From NCBI GenBank assembly GCA_965199825.1, contig OZ241329.1, forward strand, positions 1,600,001 to 1,664,000: a DNA stretch of 64,000 nucleotides, written 5' to 3'. Below the pieces are notes generated by a model. That model was not told where the DNA came from. It did no database searches and was given only the letters and a program-made list of their open reading frames with translations. Every line of letters starts with the position of its first letter. Within the stretch, counting starts at the first letter, position 1. Of this stretch, positions 28,658 through 37,558 are shown one piece after another. The stretch is from Bdellovibrionales bacterium. GTDB lineage: Bacteria; Bdellovibrionota; Bdellovibrionia; Bdellovibrionales; UBA1609. The position numbers and the translations under genes are program-made.

Positions 28658-30436
28658 AGTCCAAAGTACACTGCATTTACTATCTTGAATTCTCTTTTTA
28701 GGAACAAGAACATTTTTTGGAACTTCTCTTGATCCTGCAGTGGGAATATCAAGACCATATTGCTTTGGATTGCGATTTAAAAAGTAATACGCCAAAAATT
28801 TATTCACGTAATTGATATCTTCTTTACTGAGTTTGCCCGTTGCCACTGTGCTTGCATAAGTCACATTGTATTCGCCATTTAAAAGCAATTCGCGAAATTT
28901 TTCATAAGCCAAACGTGCTGGTTTTTTTACCCGATGAATTTCAGTCAGCGTATCGCTCACACCCTTTAGGCCTAAACGATGGGCCAATATTGCAAAGGTG
29001 GTGTCGATCGCCACAAGTTTATCAATTGCAACTGAGGTGGACACCGCATCAGCACAAGATGATGGAAATAAATAATAACGTTCATCGTCTAAGGCGGGTG
29101 CTTGCCCTTTTAAGTTTTGATAAACGAAGAGGCCATTTTGACGACCAGTATCCCAATGAAACTGAAAAGGTCCAACTGCAGTTTCTTTTGCTGGAATTGG
29201 ATCTGATTTCCAAAGTGTTTGGCGCTTTAGCATTTGTGATTCGGTCAGAGTTTTTAAAAACGAAGCGGCTGGAACATCATAAGACGAATACAACTGCGAG
29301 AGCTGCACGCGAAGGCTCATACTGTCTTGCATAAAGTCAGAGAAAATTGGCTTAACATCATTAATCACCGACTGCAGGCCCGGATTGTCTTTATTTTGAT
29401 CCCAATCCGCCAAAACTTTTTTGGTGCGAGCATGTTGATCTTCATTAAATAAATAAGCTTCGCTCTGGATGGGTGGCTGTGGTGGAATTGGTATTGGCTT
29501 CTCGACCACTTTTTCTTCTTTAGGTGCACGCACCTCAAGGATCGGATGGACCACATGCTCACCATCACTCATGGTAAGTAAAAATGAGGTTTCATCGCGC
29601 TCGCCGGTATTTCCTAATAGCGAAGCATCTGTCAGCTGCGGAGCATCGGTGGTGGTGCTTGTAACAGCTGTGGGATAAGCCATACCGTATCCGGATTGTT
29701 TAGCGGCGCCGGTTAAGCGCATCACGTCTTGTTTGTCATCATGAAGATCGATTTGATAAAAAGAGCGACCACCTGGCATCGTAAAATCCATCACACGGGC
29801 ATTGGTCAATTCTTTGGTTCGCTGCATCTGGCTTTGGATCCGCGTTGTTGAATCACGACCTTGAGAAATCAGATTTGTAACCGCCTCGTAGCTTCGAGAC
29901 AGCATTTCGGCGCGGTCTTTAAGAATTTTTTGGGGTATCAAATCTGAGTAAGAATTTAAAAGATAGTAGCCCTCAATGCTCGATTTTTTTCGCTCGATGG
30001 TGCCAGAGATATCATAACCGCCGCGATCTAAAATTGTGGTCGATTTTACGTCTTTAAAACTGATTTTTTGTTGGTCGGCTTTGATCTCAGGAATTGTAAA
30101 GTGTAATTTTAAAAGACTGCCCGAAGGTTCGAGCAAATGAATTTGTAAATCATTTTTGGTTATCTCAACATGACGGATCAAAGATTGAAGGCTCTTGGCT
30201 TGGATGGGCTCTTTGTAAGTCACAAGGCGTTGATCGTTACCGCCCGTAAATGGAACGCCATCTTCTTCATCCACACCACCCGAAAGGGCTGCACTAACGT
30301 TAAGACGGTCCTGCCCGTTAATGCCTAGATTGCCATCGGCGCATCCGAGGAGCGCCAAAAACGGCAGCGAGAGACAAATTGCGCGGCCAAGAATAAATTT
30401 AATTTGATCTGATCCCACAATTAACAATGGCTTCAA
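28643..30436 (-). CDS. lipoprotein with divergent MltD-like lytic transglycosylase domain
   Basis: lipobox LLGC; LTES, AVGPFQF..TG..GL, DERY and NYVNKFLA resemble SLT/MltD motifs. Confidence 0.65.
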   Translation of the reverse strand: MKPLLIVGSDQIKFILGRAICLSLPFLALLGCADGNLGINGQDRLNVSAALSGGVDEEDGVPFTGGNDQRLVTYKEPIQAKSLQSLIRHVEITKNDLQIHLLEPSGSLLKLHFTIPEIKADQQKISFKDVKSTTILDRGGYDISGTIERKKSSIEGYYLLNSYSDLIPQKILKDRAEMLSRSYEAVTNLISQGRDSTTRIQSQMQRTKELTNARVMDFTMPGGRSFYQIDLHDDKQDVMRLTGAAKQSGYGMAYPTAVTSTTTDAPQLTDASLLGNTGERDETSFLLTMSDGEHVVHPILEVRAPKEEKVVEKPIPIPPQPPIQSEAYLFNEDQHARTKKVLADWDQNKDNPGLQSVINDVKPIFSDFMQDSMSLRVQLSQLYSSYDVPAASFLKTLTESQMLKRQTLWKSDPIPAKETAVGPFQFHWDTGRQNGLFVYQNLKGQAPALDDERYYLFPSSCADAVSTSVAIDKLVAIDTTFAILAHRLGLKGVSDTLTEIHRVKKPARLAYEKFRELLLNGEYNVTYASTVATGKLSKEDINYVNKFLAYYFLNRNPKQYGLDIPTAGSREVPKNVLVPKKRIQDSKCSVLWTSLQS

Positions 30437-30496
30437 GAATCAAACCACCACTCAAACGGGGTTGACTCCGTTTAAACCCAATATGACATTGCCTTC

Positions 30497-31588
30497 ATGG
30501 CTAAAAAAACTGTTTTATTCGATGAGCATCAACATGCGAGCGCAAAAATTGTCGAGTTTGCGGGTTGGCTAATGCCTGTGGAATATGAGGGGCTTCGGCA
30601 CGAGCACAATTGGGTGCGCTCCGAGGTCGGAATTTTTGATGTTTCACATATGGGTGAAATTCGGGTGCAAGGACCAGACGCTTTGCAAACCCTGGAATGG
30701 ATCACAACAAATTCGGTGGCAAAATTAAAATCAGGCCAAGCTCAGTACTCACTTTTTCCAAATGGCAAAGGTGGGGTGGTGGATGATCTGATCGTTTACT
30801 GCTTAAAGCCAGGCGAGGATTATTTATTGTGCGTGAATGCCTCGAATATCCAAAAAGATTTTGATTTTATGATTGAGAATAATCGTGGGGCCTCGATCAC
30901 CAACGAGAGTGAACATTGGGCCCAAATTGCGGTGCAAGGTCCAAAGGCAGTGGCACTTGTGTCGCATGTTTTTGATTTTGATGCGGCTCTGATTTCGAAA
31001 TTTCATTTTGCACCTCGCGCCTTTGAGGGGGTGTCGTGTTTGCTTGCTCGCACTGGGTACACTGGTGAAGATGGCTTTGAGATCTTTGTTCCTACGGGCG
31101 AAGCGGTCAGTCTGTGGCGGAGGTTTCAACAAGGTGGAGCAAAGCCCATTGGCCTTGGCGCTCGCGATACTCTAAGAACCGAAATGAAATACAGCCTTTA
31201 TGGGCACGAAATCGATGATGATACCAATCCCTATGAGGCCGGATTGGGTTGGGTGATCAAACCTCGCCAAAAAGATTTTTTGGGTCGCTCAGACCTCGAA
31301 GCCGCAGCCCGAACCAAAAAGCTTGTTGGGTTTAAAATGAAAGACCGAGCCATTGCCCGCCATGGCTATTCAGTGTGGTCGACCACTGGAGAACCGATTG
31401 GTCGGGTGACGAGCGGGACCCCTTCGCCCACCCTTCAGGAAAATATTGGTATTGGTTATGTGGATATGGCATTTTGCGAGGTTGGTACTGAGATTTGTGT
31501 TGATATTCGTGGTCGACGTTTGCGCGCAGAGATAGTATCTACACCTTTTGTGAAACAGACGTCGCTTCAGTCAAAGGAGAGCAGTTGA
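30497..31588 (+). CDS. gcvT: glycine cleavage system T protein
   Basis: FDVSHMGE, RTGYTGEDGFE and GLGARDTLRTE. Confidence 0.97.
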   Translation: MAKKTVLFDEHQHASAKIVEFAGWLMPVEYEGLRHEHNWVRSEVGIFDVSHMGEIRVQGPDALQTLEWITTNSVAKLKSGQAQYSLFPNGKGGVVDDLIVYCLKPGEDYLLCVNASNIQKDFDFMIENNRGASITNESEHWAQIAVQGPKAVALVSHVFDFDAALISKFHFAPRAFEGVSCLLARTGYTGEDGFEIFVPTGEAVSLWRRFQQGGAKPIGLGARDTLRTEMKYSLYGHEIDDDTNPYEAGLGWVIKPRQKDFLGRSDLEAAARTKKLVGFKMKDRAIARHGYSVWSTTGEPIGRVTSGTPSPTLQENIGIGYVDMAFCEVGTEICVDIRGRRLRAEIVSTPFVKQTSLQSKESS

Positions 31589-31977
31589 GCAACTTTCATA
31601 TTCCCGAAGAAAATTATTATTCAAAAGATCACGAGTGGGCTCAGGTCGACGAAAATGTTGTCACCGTGGGAATCACCGAATTTGCCCAAGACCAATTGGG
31701 CGAAATTGTTTATGTTGAACTTCCAGAAGAAGGCCAAAAGGTCACACAAAACGAAACCTTTGGTGTGGTCGAAAGTGTCAAAGCGGTCAGTGATCTCTTT
31801 GCACCCGTTTCTGGAACAGTGATTGAAATCAATCAATCTGTTGCCGATGACCCAGGTCAGTTGAATGACGACCCAATGAATGTGGGGTGGTTGATCCGAA
31901 TCGAAATGGATACCGAAAAAGAGCTTGCGAATTTGATGCGTGCTCCTGATTATCGAAAGTTGATTGTTAAAAAATAA
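31585..31977 (+). CDS. gcvH: glycine cleavage system H protein
   Basis: HEW and VESVKAVSD lipoyl-Lys motif; TTG start with AAGGAG RBS. Confidence 0.97.
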   Translation: MSNFHIPEENYYSKDHEWAQVDENVVTVGITEFAQDQLGEIVYVELPEEGQKVTQNETFGVVESVKAVSDLFAPVSGTVIEINQSVADDPGQLNDDPMNVGWLIRIEMDTEKELANLMRAPDYRKLIVKK

Positions 31978-31982
31978 GTAAT

Positions 31983-32066
31983 GCCCGAGTGGTGGAATGG
32001 CAGACACGCTAGACTTAGGATCTAGTGCCGTAAGGTGTGCAGGTTCAAGTCCTGTCTCGGGTACCA
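31983..32066 (+). tRNA. tRNA-Leu(TAG)
   Basis: cloverleaf with anticodon arm CTAGA-CTTAGGA-TCTAG, long variable arm, GTTCAAGTC and encoded CCA. Confidence 0.97.
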
Positions 32067-32141
32067 AAAAACCTAATCTTAAAAGCTCAGACATGCTTCA
32101 GCTTCGCTGAAGAACTCGCTTTTAAGATTAGGTTTTTTTTT
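32066..32141 (+). terminator. 21-bp perfect inverted repeat with inner hairpin and T-tract after the tRNA
   Basis: AAAAAACCTAATCTTAAAAGC / GCTTTTAAGATTAGGTTTTTT enclosing CTTCAGC-TTC-GCTGAAG. Confidence 0.7.
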
Positions 32142-32209
32142 ACTTTTTTTTTGGATTGGTGTTGGGATTTGAGTTCCTATGGGTTTTTGGCGTTAGCGGT
32201 TGAATATTT

Positions 32210-32935
32210 ATGATCAGAAGTCTTTTAGTATTATTTTTTTTTGTATCTGTTAGTTGTTCTAAAAATAAACATTTGCCTTACGTAGTGCACCTGCCGCAGG
32301 TTCATTCAACCGATAACGGCCTGTGGGAATCCGTTGAAGACAATCTTTCTTTAACCCAACAAATTATTGAGTCGCAGCTTGAGATACTCCATATCCTTTT
32401 ACAACATCAGCCCGCTGCTGTTTTTGTAGAAGCATACATTCTTTTTGTTACCAGGTCTGATCTGTCACACTTTTATCTCCAAGATGTTCAAGAACATTTT
32501 AGAGGTGCGATCCCAACAAGCGAGAGCGAACTGACAGAGACTCAAAGACAAATCCTCTATGAATTTGGCGCCCCATCTGTCGCTTTGGCCTTAGGTTCTA
32601 TTTCCAAGATACATCCAACATCAGATTACCAATTTGAAGCGAGCATCCTTGCAAGGCTCAAACAGTTAATCTCAGCGCCACAAGCAGAAGGAATTTATTT
32701 TTTGGAGGATGCAGAAGTCAAAAACTTGATTTTTGATATGAGAGAACAAAAAGCTTTAGAGAAAATAAAACAGTACGTCGAAATAAATAAACCTACAGCA
32801 CAAATATTTCTTATTTATGGAGCTTTACATTACTTTTCTCCGTTCGATAGTAAACTCCCGTTTATCGTATTGAGAAAAATGGGATCTTGCTCTGAACTCC
32901 TAGTTTCGAAATTAGGATTTAACAGCAAGTTGTAA
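32210..32935 (+). CDS. hypothetical lipoprotein/secreted protein
   Basis: FFVSVSC lipobox-like signal; near C-terminal SCSELL. Confidence 0.7.
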   Translation: MIRSLLVLFFFVSVSCSKNKHLPYVVHLPQVHSTDNGLWESVEDNLSLTQQIIESQLEILHILLQHQPAAVFVEAYILFVTRSDLSHFYLQDVQEHFRGAIPTSESELTETQRQILYEFGAPSVALALGSISKIHPTSDYQFEASILARLKQLISAPQAEGIYFLEDAEVKNLIFDMREQKALEKIKQYVEINKPTAQIFLIYGALHYFSPFDSKLPFIVLRKMGSCSELLVSKLGFNSKL

Positions 32936-33039
32936 CTTGTGGTGCGTACCAAACCGGTGATGCGGATAAGTTAGAACCTTGCATCGCCTCATTTTCAAAA
33001 TGAGCAAAGTTGCTTAACCGTAAATTGATCCCGCCATGC

Positions 33040-33954
33040 TTATTTGTATTTGCGGTTGATGTTATATTTTCGTGCGAGTTCGATTTGTGGATTTACTTCA
33101 CCAGGAAAATTTTGAGCAAACCAGCTCACGTTTTTTTGAATAATTTTTTCTATTTTGTCATTGAGGTAGCCAGCATCGATTGCTACGTTTGCTTCATTAT
33201 CTAAATATGATTTTCTAATTCCCGGAAGGTCTATTACCGACCCAATATTCAACGCTCTTAATTGCGGAACTCCATCGGCATCAAATGTGTAGATTGGATC
33301 ACCAGAAGATCCGCCTCTTGTAGGACAGTCATGCAAATAAAGATGATCGATCGATTCGCTTCGAAGTCTGCAAGGAGATGTCCAAATTGAACCAAATTTT
33401 TTATCACCTTGGATGCCAGTAAGAGTGACATTTAGCTTCTCTTCGGCTTTTGCTAATTTTATCCAGCCAATCGTTTTAACAACTCCAATACATCTCTCAA
33501 CATGCAAGATAACCCAGTCATTTCCGTTTACATTGTCAGGTCCCCAAAGAATTGGTTTAGCGGCCAATGTGAAGAATTCATTGCTGCCGAGCTGCCCGAT
33601 CGTCAACGTGACCGTGAAATTCTCGGAATCGGCGTCCTCGTCGCCAAATACAGAATGACGAGCGGCTAGAACATGGCATGGAGATATGGTAAATGCTCCA
33701 GACCCCAGTTTATCTTTTTTATGATTAGACAAAATTTGTCGATTGGTTGCGATGCTGCCGATAAATCCCGCGAGAGGATCGTCTCCTATCGGCTCTCGAA
33801 GATCTTGAACAAAAATATTAGCTTTAAGAAAAACAGAATTGAGATCACCAATTGGAGCGTCCCAACCAATGGAAGGGATTGCGTAAAGATTTGAACTCAA
33901 CGTCATGGTCATTAAACAAAATAAGCAAATGTAAACTAATCTGAGATAATTCAT
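33040..33954 (-). CDS. secreted trypsin-like serine protease
   Basis: signal peptide; triad motifs LAARHSV, NDWVIL and GGSSGDP. Confidence 0.85.
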   Translation of the reverse strand: MNYLRLVYICLFCLMTMTLSSNLYAIPSIGWDAPIGDLNSVFLKANIFVQDLREPIGDDPLAGFIGSIATNRQILSNHKKDKLGSGAFTISPCHVLAARHSVFGDEDADSENFTVTLTIGQLGSNEFFTLAAKPILWGPDNVNGNDWVILHVERCIGVVKTIGWIKLAKAEEKLNVTLTGIQGDKKFGSIWTSPCRLRSESIDHLYLHDCPTRGGSSGDPIYTFDADGVPQLRALNIGSVIDLPGIRKSYLDNEANVAIDAGYLNDKIEKIIQKNVSWFAQNFPGEVNPQIELARKYNINRKYK

Positions 33955-34202
33955 ACTAGAGCAGGCACTAGCATTTGCTTCGAAGTAAGGTCAACGATTA
34001 CGTCACCAAACAGTTTTAGTAGATATCGACGATTTATGAGTCGATCTCATGACCCTACGTCCACCAAAGCCACATTGAAAGATTCACTCTTGAACAGCTG
34101 ACTTATTTCATAAATGACTAAGACGATGACGTTCCATTTTATTTTTTGTTTGTCTTGGGGCATGACGATATAAGCGATTTAACAATTTTTTAAAGGTCCG
34201 CT

Positions 34203-35051
34203 ATGTTTTGTGGGAAACAGTTATTCAGTTTTGTAGCGTTAATAGTTTTGTTTAGTTCTGTTACAGCCGTTGCATCGACTCCAGCAGAAATTCTAAATTC
34301 TAACATTGAATTCCTAGAGCTTCCCGCAAACGCCAAGATCGCCTTAATTCGGGCTCATAATAAGCAATTTGGGCTAGGCCTTGCTCAAAGAGAATTCACC
34401 GTCGGTCATGTGGTTCGAACCTCTTCCCTGTATTTTGCTGCAGTGATAGGTAGTCGGCGAGTGATCGCAGAAATTAAAAGCTCATTAAATAAAAAAAATT
34501 TAAGGCTCGGTATGGTGCAGATCGAAATCGATGAATATTTGAAAAATGGAGAGACTCCACCTTTGTTTCAAAATTCAAGAATCGAAAATCTTCCGCTTAC
34601 ACATTCTGATCTAGTGCAACTTAACAATTCATGTATAAAAACGATTGATCAATTTTTTGGCCTTACGACGCAGGAGTTGTTAAAAAATCATTTCGACTCT
34701 CATACTGGAATATTTTTTAGAACCAAATTTCGCTATTATGATCTCTTCGAAAATTATGGCCATATTTTGTTTGACGATGTTGTGCACCGAGCTCAGTTTT
34801 CTCGCACGCATTTATCAGCGAATACGAGTCTTGATGGGGTTCGGATGAGTACTGAGTGTCGCAGATATTCAAAAAGCTTGGGGCTCAATACTGTTGGCGA
34901 TGTCAAAAATCTCCACGATAACTTCTTGCAAAATTCATCTTCATTTTTGCCAAAGAAAGAAAAAACCGAAATTGAATTTTTAGAACTGCGACGCGTGCTG
35001 AATGCTCTTATTCAAACGTCTTGCGAAGCAAACTTATTACCAAATTATTGA
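34203..35051 (+). CDS. secreted protein with three RNA polymerase alpha-CTD-like repeats
   Basis: signal peptide ending AVA; IEFLEL...TVGHVV...EIKSSLNKKNLRLGM; IENLPL...IKTIDQF...QELLK; LDGVRMS...GLNTVGDV. Confidence 0.7.
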   Translation: MFCGKQLFSFVALIVLFSSVTAVASTPAEILNSNIEFLELPANAKIALIRAHNKQFGLGLAQREFTVGHVVRTSSLYFAAVIGSRRVIAEIKSSLNKKNLRLGMVQIEIDEYLKNGETPPLFQNSRIENLPLTHSDLVQLNNSCIKTIDQFFGLTTQELLKNHFDSHTGIFFRTKFRYYDLFENYGHILFDDVVHRAQFSRTHLSANTSLDGVRMSTECRRYSKSLGLNTVGDVKNLHDNFLQNSSSFLPKKEKTEIEFLELRRVLNALIQTSCEANLLPNY

Positions 35052-35091
35052 ACGCTGATCTGAATATTTGCCCAAAAGTTACGCCACGTGA

Positions 35092-35583
35092 TTAGCCGTA
35101 CCACAATTTCCATTCTGCTTTGAGGTTGCGGTACGACTCACATTCTTCTACCGCCTGCCATGCGACTTTAAAAATTTCTGCGCATTGGGCTTTGATGGGG
35201 TCAGGATCGTTTGCAAGCTTTGAACGTCCATGACTGCCGCTCACACCTTTTAATTCCTGTGGAACGGGGCCATCATATTTTTTTCCGGAGCGATGATTGG
35301 CGTAGCGTCGAGACCGGGTGTAACCCATTTGCAAAAATTTGCGGGCCATGTCCATTCCGGCAAAATCATTCTCAGATTTATACTTGTGAAAGGCTTGTGA
35401 GATTGCTTGAGCCGATTTTTCTGCGAGATCAGGAGTCTTAAATTTCCATAAGGGCAATATTTCTGATTTGTACGGTTCGACGAGCAAAACGCCTTGTTCA
35501 CCAATACCTACGCGGTAGAGCTCTGGACGTTCGCGGAAATTTATTTTTTTAAAATCTTGAGTGTAGTCAAAGGCCATAGCCAT
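35092..35583 (-). CDS. DUF4385 family protein
   Basis: YRVGIGEQGVLLVEPYKSEILPLW and DMARKFLQMGYTRSRRYANH. Confidence 0.85.
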   Translation of the reverse strand: MAMAFDYTQDFKKINFRERPELYRVGIGEQGVLLVEPYKSEILPLWKFKTPDLAEKSAQAISQAFHKYKSENDFAGMDMARKFLQMGYTRSRRYANHRSGKKYDGPVPQELKGVSGSHGRSKLANDPDPIKAQCAEIFKVAWQAVEECESYRNLKAEWKLWYG

Positions 35584-35757
35584 CAAGTCTTATGAGTTTT
35601 AGAAGTCCCAATCAATACCTAACACTCACTTTATTTCAGAGGTGTCTAACAGTCTCACCCAACATGTAAGGCAGGCGCTCTCTTAACTACTGCTAAGGCT
35701 TTTTTAAAAGGCATGGATGTTGAATTGATTATCAAAAAATATTTTAATTGAAGAGGT

Positions 35758-36624
35758 TTGTCGGTGGTCTTTGCAAGGAAGTCTTTATTTGTAGTTACCG
35801 CAATTCTTTTATCCACATCCTCAATTACGTTCGCTGACGAGTCTGAGTCTAATGCTTCTGCGAAAAGAATTTTAAATTCTGGAATTGAAATATTGGGTTT
35901 ATCTTCAAGTAATCAGCTCGAACTGGCGCGCGGTTATGAGATTCAATTCCAAAAACCTCTCAAATGGGAGGACTTCAAGGTTTTAAGGGCGGTCCAAATT
36001 TCTTCTGTTTACCTGACTGGAGATACCGGTTCAAAGGGCCCCGTTGCACAAATTAAAAAAGCTCTGAGTAAATATAATCTTCGCCTTGGGATGGTGAAGG
36101 AAGAAATTGATTATTTCAAAGTCCATGGCGATTCTAAGGGTTTCTTTGCTCAATCACGGATTGAATACCTGCCGTTAGAAAAGGATGATTTGGTTCGTCT
36201 CAATGCTGCTAAGGTGATCACGATTGCTCAATTTTTTTCACGGACAGTCCAAGACTTTTTAATTGATCCCACTGATTCTTTTAGTCCCGATTTCAATGCT
36301 AAAAAGCAAGTATTTGGCGAAATTTTTGAATTTTACAAAAAAACCTTGGATGATGATGTGATTCAACGATCATATCGAAAACACAACCAACTATTTCCTG
36401 AAGTCTCTTTAAACCGAGTTCGAATGAGTTCGAGTTTAAGAGGAATTTTAGAAAAATCGAATCTCATTACTGTTGGACCAATTGCTAAGCTTTCCGATGA
36501 AGAAGCGGTGACACTGGTTTCGCATCACCATATGGAGTCCAAAGTCGAAGTTGAATTTTATGAGTTGCGAGAGCATCTCATTCAACTGACTGCCTCAGCA
36601 TGCCAAGGGGCCTTAACTAACTAA
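35758..36624 (+). CDS. secreted alpha-CTD-repeat protein, paralog of 34203..35051
   Basis: colinear similarity (ILNS.IE.L.L, NLRLGMV..EID, SRIE.LPL, DDV..R, VRMS, E.EF.ELR); GAGG RBS with TTG start. Confidence 0.7.
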   Translation: MSVVFARKSLFVVTAILLSTSSITFADESESNASAKRILNSGIEILGLSSSNQLELARGYEIQFQKPLKWEDFKVLRAVQISSVYLTGDTGSKGPVAQIKKALSKYNLRLGMVKEEIDYFKVHGDSKGFFAQSRIEYLPLEKDDLVRLNAAKVITIAQFFSRTVQDFLIDPTDSFSPDFNAKKQVFGEIFEFYKKTLDDDVIQRSYRKHNQLFPEVSLNRVRMSSSLRGILEKSNLITVGPIAKLSDEEAVTLVSHHHMESKVEVEFYELREHLIQLTASACQGALTN

Positions 36625-36883
36625 GTTCGGCCGAGCTCATAAAAGCTTTTAAATCTTTATTCGCCTCTGGATCTTGGGACACAGCTTGTGGATCTAACTT
36701 CTCGAGGTGAAGTCCATTGAAATTCTTGAGTTGTTCTGAGAGTTTTGTTTGATCAAGCGGCGTGGCGATCCATAGTCCATTGCTGGATTGGATCACTTTT
36801 GACCCACCTGATTTAAGCGTATCAATAATTTCTGTTTGGGCAGCGGATGCGCCCTGACCAAAAGTCATCGCAAAAAAATTCAT
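36617..36883 (-). CDS. small hypothetical protein
   Basis: ATGA-coupled to the upstream nitroreductase. Confidence 0.65.
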   Translation of the reverse strand: MNFFAMTFGQGASAAQTEIIDTLKSGGSKVIQSSNGLWIATPLDQTKLSEQLKNFNGLHLEKLDPQAVSQDPEANKDLKAFMSSAELS

Positions 36884-37497
36884 ATGATCGAAAAAAACTT
36901 TTCTTTGGGCTGACGCACTTTTTTGAAGTGCTGAAATTGATCATTAGGACTTCGATATCCCAATGCGACCACTGCGATGGTGTGTAGGTCGGTTGCATCT
37001 AAGATGCGGTCGTATTCGGCGCCGTTAATACCCTCCATAGGACAGGCATCAACTTTGTTAACCGCTGCAGCATAAAGCATAAATCCCATCGCGATATAGG
37101 CTTGCCGTTTACACCATTCTTGCGATTCAACCGTTTCGGGTTTTTGGGCAATTGAGTTGACCATCACATCGCGAAAATCTTTAAGGACTTCTGTGCCGAC
37201 ACCACGAGTTTTTGAAATGAGCTCGACATAGTTGTCGACAAAACTCTCGTCCATTCTTTTTTCGATCTGAAACACAATCAAATCTGAGCAATCTGTAATT
37301 TGGGATTGATTGTAGGAGACCTCGCGCAATTGTTTTCGGATATCGCGGTCTTCTATCAATATCAAATGATAGGGCTGAAGACCAAATGAGGAGGGTGCGA
37401 GGCGTGCTGCCTCCATGACCGCATCGAGTTTGTCTCGAGAAATTTTTCTGCTGGGATCAAAAGTCTTAACCGCATATCGCCAATTGAGTGCATCCAT
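36880..37497 (-). CDS. NAD(P)H nitroreductase, NfsB-like
   Basis: WRYAVKTFD, APSSFGLQP, DACPMEG and ALGYRS. Confidence 0.92.
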   Translation of the reverse strand: MDALNWRYAVKTFDPSRKISRDKLDAVMEAARLAPSSFGLQPYHLILIEDRDIRKQLREVSYNQSQITDCSDLIVFQIEKRMDESFVDNYVELISKTRGVGTEVLKDFRDVMVNSIAQKPETVESQEWCKRQAYIAMGFMLYAAAVNKVDACPMEGINGAEYDRILDATDLHTIAVVALGYRSPNDQFQHFKKVRQPKEKFFSII

Positions 37498-37558
37498 GAT
37501 CAAAAGGGTAGTCGTTTAAAAAAAGGGGCGCAAGCAAGTCAGGTGGAGCTGTGCGCTA

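Noticed and set aside
31621..32094. 157-aa minus-strand ORF
   Set aside because: It is an antisense shadow of gcvH and tRNA-Leu.
35709..35725. sigma54 promoter for the second alpha-CTD paralog (GGCATGGATGTTGA)
   Set aside because: The -12 position reads GA rather than GC, so support is insufficient.
34203..36624. Genuine rpoA copies
   Set aside because: There is no alpha N-terminal domain, signal peptides are present, and the context is not a ribosomal operon.
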